From contig CBFFRQ010000122.1 in NCBI GenBank assembly GCA_965644315.1, positions 1 through 43,361 on the forward strand: a stretch of 43,361 nucleotides of DNA. The letters run 5' to 3'. This stretch comes from Caecitellus pseudoparvulus (lineage: Eukaryota > Protista > Bigyra: Bicosoecida). Both the position numbers and the translations under genes were made by a program. Below the pieces are notes generated by a model. The model had not been told where the DNA came from. It searched no databases and worked only from the letters and a program-made list of their open reading frames with translations. Of the stretch, positions 23,072 through 33,946 are shown piece by piece. Every line of letters begins with the position of its first letter. Within the stretch, counting starts at the first letter, position 1.

Positions 23072-24319
23072 TCAGCCGTCGCCACTGCCACCCCCGCCCT
23101 CGCCCTCGCTGTGCGAGTCTGTGTCTGACAGGGTGATGACACCCCCCCCTCCCCCCTCTGCCAGAGCCGCGCTGACACGCTCGCCGGTGGGGTCCGAGGT
23201 CCCCCCCTCCTCCTCCTCCGCCGAGGCACAGGCGTCAGGGGGTGCTGTGTAGGTGGCACGCCCCCCCCTCGCCCTCCACTGAGCTACAGGGGGCATGCCC
23301 ACCACTGCTCGCTTGGCATTGGATGCCAGCGCACTGCCGGCACCGGCCTGGGAGAAAGGCGTGTGCAGCACATCCAACAGACGGCGCACTTTGGCCTCTC
23401 CCAGCCCCGGGCACGCACGCAGGGCGGCAGGGCTGGCTTTGGCCATGCCTGCCACAGAGTGGAATGTGTTCAGCAGCGTCAGCGCGTCGGTTTTGTTCAC
23501 GCCCCGCACCCTACCCAGGGCGCCTTGCACCGTTGCCACGAAGCCCTTCGAGGCCTTGGGCTTGATGGTCACCATGCCTTTCTTCTCGTACGCCTTGTAT
23601 GTCTCCAGGTACCTGACGTGGCGCGCGTGTGCGGCAGTGTGGTCCACGCGCTGACTCACAACGCTGCGCTGACCGGAGTGACTCACCGAGCTGACTCCGC
23701 CGCTGACCACGTCACTATGGCGGTGAAATCATTCAGCACAGCCTGGTGACACAGCTCTTGCAAGGGGTGAGTGCTGTCATCCACATCAATCTGCGCACTC
23801 AGGGTGGGGGCGGTGCGGAGAGCGTGACATGTGTGTGGCCACCGCTCACCGCACCTGGATCAGCAGCACACGCAGTTGAAACTCCGAACGCAAGCTCATC
23901 ATGCGTTTGAAGGCATACTGTGGGTGCAGCAAGTGGTACCTGATGGAGATGAAGAGGGCGGCAGAGGTGGGGCTCAAGATGAAGTCGGGCTTGATGTCAG
24001 CGTACTCCCACGCCACCTGGCGAACATGGGACAAGAGGGGGTTGCCCTGCTGTCGGCGTGCGACGAGTAGATTTGCACCAGAGCCCACGGCATGGCGGGG
24101 GAGTGGCGGGGGGGGGTCTCCGCCCGCCACGGGGGCTGGTGCTGGCACAAGTGCTGGCGCAGGTGTTGGCGCCAACGCAGGCTCAGGCAGCGGCTGCGCG
24201 ACGGCGCCAAACGCCGCTGCGAAGCTGCTGGACTGAGCAGGATCCGAAGTGGGCAATGACGGCTGCACTCGCCGCTCCTCTGCAGCAGCCTCAGCCGCCT
24301 CCAGGTCTGGAATGTCCAT
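23072..24319 (-). CDS. ERCC1: DNA excision repair protein ERCC1/Rad10
   Basis: Exons 24319-23855, 23790-23687, 23612-23072. Motifs RQQGNPLL..VRQVAWEYADIKPDF, LFISIRYHLLHPQY, ARYLETYK, VNKTDA..LL..F.S, CPGLG..KVRRL (HhH). Confidence 0.93.
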
Positions 24320-24645
24320 GGTCAGGCCTCGTGCACCGGTGGCCCGAGCAATTACCGCAACGCAGCGCCACTTGTCGCCCTGCACAGCAGTCAGGGAAGT
24401 GCGAGTGGGAGTAGAGTCCGTCTGACGCAATATGGAGGGAAAGGGTCGTGCCGAGACCAGGCAGCTTCCGAGGCTGCCGCAGATTGCGAGTGCGTTTGGT
24501 TTTGGCCGGCTCGCTTCTCCAGCGAGGCTGGCTCGCGTCCAAGTGCCGCGGAGCACCAAATCGCCGCCGCCTCGGCATTGCAGCCCCGAACCCCAGCCAA
24601 CACAGCGCTGTCACTGCACGCGTCAGGAACCAACTTGACGCAGGC

Positions 24646-27201
24646 ATGCAAGGCATGCCCCAGCCGTGGAGGCCGGGCGACGCCCAGCTCGGCAGCTCCC
24701 ACAGCCACTCGGCATGGGACGGGGCACTGCTGTGGCCCACGGCAGAGGTGCTGGACGCAGTGTGGTCCCATGCCCTCAGCTGCGTCTCTGCGCCGACCAC
24801 CCTGGCGCGGCTGCGCATCCTGCTGGCGCTGCTGCGGGCCGAGCAGGCGCCAGACGCGGCGCTGCTGGCTCAAGCGCTCGCGGCAGTTGGCGCGTTTCCA
24901 GCCCTTGCCCGTGACCTGCGAGCTGCCATCCCAGCCCAAGTACTGCACATGGTGCAGGGCGAAGAGGGGCCCGACGGTATGCCTGGTCGCCCGGCACAGC
25001 CGCCGCTCGCAGACGCAGGCTTGCCGGAAGCCGAGCTGGTCGCTGCGACCCCTCGCAGCGAGCCCGACAGCCAGCCCCTCCTCCCTGCGCGATTGACGGG
25101 GCCGAGCAAGGTCGGCGCAGGCACCTTGACAAGCTCCATGCCTGCTCTGCCAGCCCACAACTTCACCCTGCCTCTGCACTCCTCCCCCAGCAGCGTGTTG
25201 GAGGGTGCGCCCACGAGGCGGCGGCGTGAGCCGACGCCTTTCCCCCTCCTGCACACCCACACGGGGAGCAGAGCAGGCCTGCCAGCCCTCACACAGTCCC
25301 TGCACGCAAGCATGGGACCAGACAGGCGGCGGCTGCGGCGTGGCACGCACGGTGCGCCACCCACCCACCTCGGCACCCTCGCAGCCCATGTTGCAGATGG
25401 CGGCGGCAGAGTGGAGGCGGAGTCTCGGGCCCTGGCGGGGTCGCTGTCACGCCACGCCCTGCAGTGCCTGTCCCGCGGCAAGCAGGCCCATGGCATGTCG
25501 CGCCGCCGTCGCACAGGCGACGCAGCAGCCGCCCCCACCCCGGCGCCGCTCCTTGCGGCCACGCTGTACACCAACACGCACCTGCGCCTGGCAGCGGGGC
25601 TGACACGGCGAGAGGTGCACGGGCACGCGACCACCCTGCGCCAGAGGAGGCCCCACAAACAGCGCTTTGGGGCAAGCACGGCCGCGCTGGGCAGCAGCGC
25701 CTCTGCGCCTGGGCTGCATTGGGAAGAGCAGGTGTCAGCAGTGGCGGCGGCAGCGCACCGTCGACTCACAGCTGTGGAGGGCCCCCGCCCCCTGCCCATG
25801 GTGATGCTGCAGCAGCAGCACACACGCTCCTCACCGGTCTTGCGCTCGCCCGTGCTCAAGTCTGCCTTGGCCTCGCCCAAGCAGCGCTCCCTGAGTCCAA
25901 CCGCTTCCGTTTCTTGGTTTGACGAAGGGGGCGATGCCTCGGGCCGGCGCCACATGTCGCCGCCCCTCTCCCCCATCAGACGCCGCAGTAGCAGTAGACA
26001 GCTGAGCCCTCTCAGTGGACGCAGTTTCAAGGCGGCAGCCGCCGATTTGGGCGCCCAGCAGCGGCGGCACTTCGCCGCGCGCGTCGTGCAGCGGAATTGG
26101 CGCCTCATGCGGCAGTGGCGACAGGAGGGCAGGATGCAGCGGGAGGAGTCAGCCTTGCCTTTCATGCGGGCCCCACAGCGCACGGCGACCAAGGGGCAGG
26201 TGCGCAAGGGCCTGGCGGGCATGAAGGCTGTCAAGACATCGCAAGACTCCTTGTTGAAGAAGCTGTCCTTCAAGTCAGGCGCAAGTGCCACAAGTGCCGA
26301 CTCGCGGAAGCCCCCAAAGGCCAGAGACGCCGCAGAGGCAGAGGCAGCAGGGCCACACGGTGCCGATGCTGCACCCGACACTGACAGTGCGAAGCCCCTT
26401 CCGCCTGTGCAGGAGAAGGGCGGCGGCGGTGGTCACGCTGGGAGGGGGGCTAGCGGAGCACCGGCACCCCCCCCTCGACCACAGGCGCCGCCCTCCCGCA
26501 CCTCCCTCTCCGCCGCACACACCCAGACACGCGCACAGGAGGGCGAGGGCGGCAGCGACGTGGCTGCACGCAGTCGCGCCCTGGCTGCTCGGCTGCGTGT
26601 GGAGACAGAGCTTGCGGATGCGGAGGACAGCCAGCCGGACACGGCACGGCCCTCCACCGCTCCCGCCCGGCGGCGCAGCGTGCTGCAGGAGATGTTGCTG
26701 CACGAGGAGGCGGACGAGGGGCTGGAGGGACGCGGGGGGGACGTCGCTGTGCGACCTGCCTCTGCCAAGGCGGCCCGTGCATCCGGTCGGCGTGACAGCT
26801 TCTCCAGCGCTGTGGGACTGGCGCTGCCGGGGACTCACCACGGCGAGTCCAGCGACAGCTCGCTGGACCTGGACGCCTTGCCGTCCCTGCCACCTAGCGT
26901 GGCGCAGCGTCTGGCCAAGGCGCGGGGCGCTGGTAGCGACAGTGACAGTCTGGCACCTCTGGGCACTGTGCGAGAGGGCACGCCCACAGGCGGCGGGTCG
27001 GTGGCCCTCAGCACGCCAGGCTCGAGGGGCGGCAGCCGGCGCAAACGCTTCTCCCTGGCTGAGTACAAGGCGGGTGGCTCTGTGCTGTCCCGCCCGAAGA
27101 GGGGTGCTGGCGCCTCCAGCAGCGCCGGAGGCACTGGGAGCGCCGGCACGCCAGACACCCCGTCGCAGGGGGGCAGCGGCGCCCCACAGGCGCCTGAGTG
27201 A
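24646..27201 (+). CDS. Uncharacterised, largely low-complexity protein with one IQ-like motif
   Basis: Long open frame with host-like codon usage. AARVVQRNWRLMR near 26075-26115 resembles an IQ motif. The start is uncertain (ATG 24646 or 24655, or an upstream exon). Confidence 0.6.
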   Translation: MQGMPQPWRPGDAQLGSSHSHSAWDGALLWPTAEVLDAVWSHALSCVSAPTTLARLRILLALLRAEQAPDAALLAQALAAVGAFPALARDLRAAIPAQVLHMVQGEEGPDGMPGRPAQPPLADAGLPEAELVAATPRSEPDSQPLLPARLTGPSKVGAGTLTSSMPALPAHNFTLPLHSSPSSVLEGAPTRRRREPTPFPLLHTHTGSRAGLPALTQSLHASMGPDRRRLRRGTHGAPPTHLGTLAAHVADGGGRVEAESRALAGSLSRHALQCLSRGKQAHGMSRRRRTGDAAAAPTPAPLLAATLYTNTHLRLAAGLTRREVHGHATTLRQRRPHKQRFGASTAALGSSASAPGLHWEEQVSAVAAAAHRRLTAVEGPRPLPMVMLQQQHTRSSPVLRSPVLKSALASPKQRSLSPTASVSWFDEGGDASGRRHMSPPLSPIRRRSSSRQLSPLSGRSFKAAAADLGAQQRRHFAARVVQRNWRLMRQWRQEGRMQREESALPFMRAPQRTATKGQVRKGLAGMKAVKTSQDSLLKKLSFKSGASATSADSRKPPKARDAAEAEAAGPHGADAAPDTDSAKPLPPVQEKGGGGGHAGRGASGAPAPPPRPQAPPSRTSLSAAHTQTRAQEGEGGSDVAARSRALAARLRVETELADAEDSQPDTARPSTAPARRRSVLQEMLLHEEADEGLEGRGGDVAVRPASAKAARASGRRDSFSSAVGLALPGTHHGESSDSSLDLDALPSLPPSVAQRLAKARGAGSDSDSLAPLGTVREGTPTGGGSVALSTPGSRGGSRRKRFSLAEYKAGGSVLSRPKRGAGASSSAGGTGSAGTPDTPSQGGSGAPQAPE

Positions 27202-27394
27202 CAACAGCGAGTGCAGATGCCAGAGGCAAAGTTATCACAATACAGAAAATTCCAAAACTCCAGGCCTGTAGTGTCGCGGCAATTCTTTCGTCGCAGTCAA
27301 GCGTGCCGTGTGTGCTGCAGCTCGTCGCAGCGACGCCCAGCGACCGGCACACCCTCGGCGCGCCCTGTGGCCTGCCCAGCTCCTGGTGCCCACC

Positions 27395-30300
27395 ATGGAT
27401 ATGCACCATGCGGGCAGCCTTCGACAGGCGTATTCAGCACAGTGTGACGCCGTCGTGCAGGAGCCTGATGTCCGGGTACGCTCTGCATGTTGCAACTTCC
27501 GCAGCCGGCGCGCCTCGCTGCACTGCGCCCCCACTGCCTGCTCAGGTCCTGGCCGCCATGCAGCGGGGCGAGGAGGAGGCCCAGGCAGGCTTCCCCATCA
27601 CCGTGCTGTCCCTGTCCGACGCCCAGCTGGAAGGCGCCTCCGTGGCGCCAGTGCTGCGAGCCCTGGCCGAGGGCTTCCCGCCAGGCCACGCCCAGGCTGG
27701 CCATGAAGACGGCAGTGCGCTGATGCTGGCGTCGCCGCGCGTGCCGCCGGCGTCGGGGCTGCTGCGTGCGCCTCTGGCAGTGGGCGGCGCCACGGTGAGC
27801 GGCATGCTTCGGGGGTTGCTGTACCTGGACCTGTCCCACCAGCCACTGGGCGACCTGTACAATGTCCGCACCCTCTCCGCCTTCCTGGCCAGTCCCCACA
27901 GCATGGTGCAGCACGTCGTGCTGCACGGCTGCAGCCTCAGCGACGCCGATGCTGCGGCGCTGGTCCTGGCCCTGGCCCGCCGGTGTGGGGTGCGGCTGGA
28001 CCGGGCGTCGGTGCCAGGCGAGCCGGGCGAGCTGGCCAGTCGGGCCAAGCACTTCACGAGCCAGTTCGGGGGGGAGCTGGCTGCGAAGGAGGCAGGGGTG
28101 GCGGCGGCCGCGGAGGCACACCCCCCCCACCTCGTGGCCAGTGACGCCACCGCAACCCTGCAGCACATGTCCTCGCCCGGCACACGGGCTGCCACCCGTG
28201 CCGCCAGCAGGTCCGTGGAGCAGGGGCACGTGGCGACGCTGGACCTGGGCATGAACGACGTGGGGCCCAGCACCACGGCGATGCTGGCTGCGTGGCTGGC
28301 CGCAGGCTGCGAGGGGCGAGGCGGCGACCCGGGCGACGTGTGCACCCTCAGCCGGCTGTGCCTGGACGCCAACCCCCGCCTGAATGACGCCTGCGTGGAG
28401 ACGCTGTCGGCAGGGCTGGCAGACAACGCAGTGCTGCGCACGCTGAGCCTGCGACGGTGCCAGGTGGGCGCGGGTGGCGCCGCTGCTCTCAAGCGCTGCC
28501 TGTTGTTCAACCACTCCCTGCTGCTGTTGAAACTGGACTTCAACAAGTGCGGCTCCTCCGTCCTGAACACCATCGCTGCCATGCTGCGGCGTAATACGGT
28601 GGCGGCTGCCGCTGGCATCCTCACAGCGCACGATTCGCTGCAGGTGCACCGGGGGGCGGTTGGAGCTGTGGGGGAGGGGTTGACGACACCCCCCCCTCGA
28701 CACCCGGCACGCACCCCCCCCCTGTCCCCCCCCGCTGTGCCTCGGCCCACGTCCCCCACCCGCGCCGAAGTGCAGGCGCTGGTGCGTTTCTGGGACTACC
28801 CCATGGACCACAGCGCATCAGCGCACTTCTTCGCCGACCCCGCCAACTGGACCGCCAAACCCCACACCCTGGGCGCGTCGACAGGCGACGTGTCAGTGCG
28901 CCCCATGCCCGCCAACGCTGCCGCAGCAGTGCTGGCGGCTGGTCGGGATGCCGCCGCGCCTGGTGCACAGGACCAGGCCGTGCCCCGGCACCTCGTCATC
29001 CCTGCACTGCGCTCACCGCACCAGGCCCCAGGTGTGGCGTCGCCGGATGTGGTACGCCGCGTGGCCCAGGAGCGTGTTGAGAGCCGTGTGGAGGCTGCTA
29101 TGGCGGGCGCGGATGTGGGGGGGGGCACCGCAGCGCGGCTGACACAGCACTCTCAGCGTCTCGCCGCCGTGCAGTGTGCTGCGGCAGACATGGCCCGGCA
29201 GCGGGCAGAGGCTATGTCTGCCATGCGAGCGGCCCTGGCTGGTGGGGCGTCATGGACGGAGGGGGCGCAGGCGGGTGAGGCAGTTGGACGGGGCGCGTGG
29301 CGGGGGGAGGAGCAATCCTACACCAGTGTGGCGGGTGGGGGCGAGGACGCACACGCCACCAGCGTCGTCGATGGGCCCACACATGCGCCCAGCCCCCACC
29401 CCATCACGCAACCCACCACGCCAAGTGACACCATGCAGGGGTACAGTGGCAGCCCTGCTGCGCTGTTTTCACCTGCCGAGGCGGTGCTGGCGGTGCAGGG
29501 GGGAGACAGGGCTGCCAGCGGCGTGAGCGCGTCCACGGCCCACACCCCCCTCGGCCCAGCACGCCCCCCCGTCACCACCAGTGCAGCCAGCATGCAGCGT
29601 GCTCGAGACATCGCCCAGCTGAACAGCGTGCTTGGGCCAGAGTCCAGCGCGGGGCCCACTCTGCAGGAACACCTCCCCGCGTACACGGCTGATGCGTTTC
29701 TGAGTCAGCCAAGCACCCAGGAGGAAGGGGAAGCCCCCCCCTCCTCCCCACCGGGAGGCGGCAGCACTGCACCCCTCTTGCAAGACCCCCACACCGCCGC
29801 CATCGCAGCTGCCCGCGCCGAACGCATGAAGGCTTTTGCAGCGCACGAGGCAGAGATGGCGGAGTTCGCGGCGCAGAGGGGTCGTCGGCGGGGCGGGCGG
29901 CGAACAGGCGTATTACGCGGGTCTGCACAGTACGCCAGGCGGCCCCACGTCCACCCCCCCCACCAGGGCACGACGCGGCACAGTCACCCCACCTCCACCA
30001 CGCCACCTCACGGCCTACCCACCATCACCGCCCAATCACCTCCCCGGCCCATGAGCGTTGGGGTGGCGACCACGCCCCCACTGCACGGTGTAGACCTGCT
30101 GCCACCCACCCGCTCAGACAGACTCACTGCACATGCAGTGTCAGACGGCCAGCTGCGGTGGGTGACTCAGCGTGCCCACAGCAAGCTGGCTGCCTGGCAG
30201 CGCACGGGGGTCGCTGACGCTCAGTCTGGTGTGGAGCACACCGGCCCCGCGGCACACGGCTCGGGGCGAGACGCTGCCTCGCACGACACACCAGCGCCCA

Positions 30301-31917
30301 CGGCCGCATCCCCCGCCACACTGCGCCTGGCCACGCGCACCGCAGCAGCTCGGCAGTGGCGACCAGCTCCACTCCGTGGCGCACGCCCCCCCCAAGAACT
30401 GGACTGCCGCCCCCCAACACTGTACCGCATGGAGCAAGAGACAGCGGAGTCACCCCCGCGTGGCAGAGGAGGAGGTGCGCCGCCGCCACTGCACCTGGCC
30501 ACGAGTCACTCCTCCACAGCCACGAGTCACCTAGTGAGCTCGCCCCGAGCAGCGAGCGAAGACGGCAGGCCCGTGCTACATGGGCCCGCCCCTGACTCGC
30601 CGCAGGACAGTGACGCGACGCGGTCACTCAGTGACTCCTTGCAGGCCACGCCGCCCCCAGCCACTGTGAGACAGCCGTCCACTGCCACCCTCCCACCCCC
30701 GCCCCTGCAGGCAGGTACACCCCCCACTCTGCACCAGCAGCATCCCCCCCCCATCTCCCCAGGCAGAGGAGGCACACACCCCGCCCCCCACCTCCCCGTA
30801 CCTGGACCGCTTCCACCTCCCCCACATGCAGCACGTGCCACAGCCTGCGCCCGAGGTGGCTGAGCTGCTGCCGCCCCCTCCCTGCCGTGACGACAGCGAC
30901 ACGCCAGCGCCTGACCAAGCAGGGCAGTCCGTACACCACCCATGGACCCCCCCCCAGCATCCCCCACTGCACCTGCGGCACCCGCCTGGCGGTGACCCAG
31001 CACCACGCACGTCCCACACGCCCATCGCGTTCAACGTGCCACCCGGAACAGCACCCGCCTGGGGTGGACACGGCACCATTGTCTTCGTGCCTGCCGCTTC
31101 TGGGCCGCCAGCGGGGAGCCCCTTCATGGCCAGTCCGCCCGCTGTTACGTGGGGAGGGGGCGGCCTGACACCGGCGCCACACATGCCCCAGCACACCACC
31201 TCTTCCGCCCCCCTCCCCAGCCACCCCGCCCCGGACGCCGCAGCACACCCTCCCCACCCCCCCTACACCAGCCGACTGCCAGCAGGAACCAGCATAGTGC
31301 CACACGTGCAACCCTCTGTCACGCCCCCCCCCGACACAACAGTGCACAGAGGCCAGAGCAAGCCTCGCCGGCCACAGAGAGGCGTGCGAGCCTCGGAGAA
31401 CAGTGCAGGGGCGGACCCGATGCAGGGGTCTCAAGAGGCGCGTGCTGCAGCGGGTGGAGCGTCGCGCACACCCCGAGTTCGGACCACGCACCAGCCGGGG
31501 GCAGCCGATTCCCAGCCTGCGTCAGCTGTGGGGGCCGCCACACCCGGACGGGGGGATGCACCCCCACCCCCCACGCTGGGCTCTGCAAGGCACGTGGCAG
31601 GTGCGGGCTGGCTGCAGGCACAGTCTGGCACCGCGACACCTGCTCCTGCTTCGGCCCTGCCCGATGCGGCGTCGACGGGTGACTCGCCGACCGCCGCCTC
31701 TCAGCGGCAGGCGGCGGCCGATGGCGTTGCCGCGGCTGCCGCAGCGACGGCTGCTGTGCGCTCTGCGCTCGGGGCCTCTGAGTCCTCCCAGCAGAATCTG
31801 CAACGGCGCAACTTCCTAGCCTCCTGCCGAGGGGTGGCCCCCACGCCACGGCTGGATGCCATGTCTCCGCGGCGCGTCAGCACGGTGCCCCGCCGCCGCC
31901 CAACGCAGGCGCCCTGA
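27395..31917 (+). CDS. RNI-like leucine-rich repeat protein with long Pro-rich disordered tail (apparent frameshift near 30744-30752)
   Basis: Start context CCACCATGG at 27395. Exon 27395-27475 (Y..QC.....P motif), intron 27476-27545, then LYLDLSHQPLG, LDLGMNDVG, LCLDANPRL, LSLRRCQVGAGGAAAL, LKLDFNK. The frame switches into the ORF that ends at 31917. Confidence 0.75.
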
Positions 31918-32083
31918 AGGCATGTTGCCGCGGCAGCAAAATGTACGCAACACACAGCATGCCCGCCATTGGTGCTGCACTTCTTTTCAAGCCCAGTTTG
32001 TGTGTGCATGGCGGAGCATGGCCCGCTTGGCGCAAAGCCGGCCGTGCTCGAGCGCACGGGTCAGACAATGGCAACGCCAGAGC

Positions 32084-33847
32084 ATGCTGTTTGCCACAGC
32101 AGCGCTGGCTCTGTGCGCAGCTGCACAACTGGCCGACGTGCATGGTATCGAGACACCAATGTGGAGATACGGAGCGGGAAAATCTGTACGAAGCGGGCAA
32201 GGTGAGTTGTATTTCGTGGCCTAGCAAGCTCTCGTGCAAACTGCGGAAATTGCTTCAACCCCCAGCACGCCTCCCCCTTTGCGAGACAGGAACAGCAGGA
32301 GATGCCTTGAACTCTCAGGTATGTCGAAACCGCATGTGAAGAATGGCGCCCAGTTGCTCAGGCAAGATTGCGATGGCTGTTGTGTCACACCCCGCGAACC
32401 CATCCGCAGAGCCTGGCACTGACCTACGCTGCAGCAGCTGGCCAAGCTACATTGGAGCGAGCAGTCCAGGGCCTGCCCATCCATGTGCGCGAAGCCCTTG
32501 CGGACCACTTGCAAGGCTTCGATACCCCGACGCGCGGCCCCAGGCTTGCCTGGTCCAGCCTAGACAGTCCACATTCTACAGGAAAGAGTGCTGATGAGAT
32601 CCCCGGCGCCGAGCTACCCTCCCTTTCCCGCCTCGCCCCCGCTGATGTGCACGCCCGCGCTGCAGAGCTGTTTGACCGGGGCTACCGACAACGCGCAGTG
32701 CAGGAGCTGTGCATGCCTGGCAGTGTCCGCGTAGCTGCCGGCGCAGGCGCCGCCACAGCAGGGCTGCCGCCACGGCGAGTGAGACAAGCCGCCACTGTGC
32801 TGCAAGTGTGTGGTTTCGTGGTTCTACAGGGCGCCATGCCGGCGAACTTGATCCGCGCTTTGAAGGAGGATAACGACGAGCGATTCTGGGCGTTCTACAA
32901 CGCCTCCATCGCCCCTGACGCCAGTCTACGCAGTGCAGCCTCCCACGAAAGTGACTCCTTCGCAATTCGCTCCAGGGGGCGGTTCGAGTACAAACTGCAC
33001 CGCACAGGCGCTTTTGCAGCCCCAGAACTGCTGGAGAACCACGCTGTACTGCCTGTGCTTGCGGCAGGTATGCGTTCACTGGATTTTCAACTGGACACAT
33101 TCTCCTGCGTCACAAGCCTACCAGGCTCTCCCTCCCAGCACTGGCACTCGGACGCAGGGACACTGTTTCAGACACACAGCACGAACGGACTCCCGAGTCG
33201 GCTGCGGGCGGCTCGCCTGGCGGCTGCTCAGCGTCTAGGGGTGCTGAGCACTCCCGCAGACCACGCAAGAGCCAACACGCACCCGACGTTTGGCTACTTC
33301 GATGCCTCGCCGCACCTCCCTCCACATGGCATTGTGGCGTTCACGCCCCTCATAAATGTCACACAGGCGCACGGGCCGACCGTATTCCGCGCTGGCACAC
33401 ACTTGGCTTGCCCCGATGACCACTTGCGCGACCTTGAAGTGGACGGGGTGGTGCTGGACACCTGCCCGGAACACGCCACACACACGCTGCACGCGACAGC
33501 TCAACCAGGAGACGTGATTCTCTTTGACTTCCGCGTCTCACACAGGGGCGGGGCAAACACCCACCCCCACGACATTCGACCGATGCTCTACCAAACTTTC
33601 CTCATGGTGCGTGCCTGAAATTTGCGCTCTGAGTAGTAAGACCAGTGTCTGTGCATTAGCACACCCCTCTCGCTTCCTGCACCCATCCGCGCAGCCATGG
33701 TACCACGACAAGGTGAACTTTCACCAGCGACAAACCTCATCATTCGATGGGCATCCTCCGTTCCTTCGCAAGCTCCTGACCCGCCTTGACGCAGACGCCT
33801 TTTCAAGTTGGGTGCACGACACCGCCGCAGGCATAGGAGGTGCTTGA
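32084..33847 (+). CDS. PhyH-family 2-oxoglutarate/Fe(II) dioxygenase with signal peptide
   Basis: Exons 32084-32201, 32266-32318, 32410-33606, 33695-33847. Motifs GFVVL, RSRGRFE, PGSPSQHWHSD (HxD), GPT.F..GTH, GDVILFDFRVSHRGGAN, RPMLY...PWYHD..NF. Confidence 0.88.
32242..32250 (+). promoter_or_regulatory. Recurrent TGCGGAAAT motif, PhyH intron 1
   Basis: Exact 9-mer inside intron 32202-32265. Confidence 0.5.
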
Positions 33848-33946
33848 TCTCAAGCAGGTTGCCATTCGTGTGGCCGCCCCTGTTCAGCCAGACCAGCCCA
33901 ATCTGTGCATCGAGTGCATTAAGAAGCTACACACTCCGCACAACAG

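Noticed and set aside
27198-27394. Overlap or fusion of the 917-aa and 1221-aa ORFs at 27198-27201
   Set aside because: The downstream gene has a better start (CCACCATGG at 27395 plus a phase-0 intron), and the AT-richer spacer looks intergenic.
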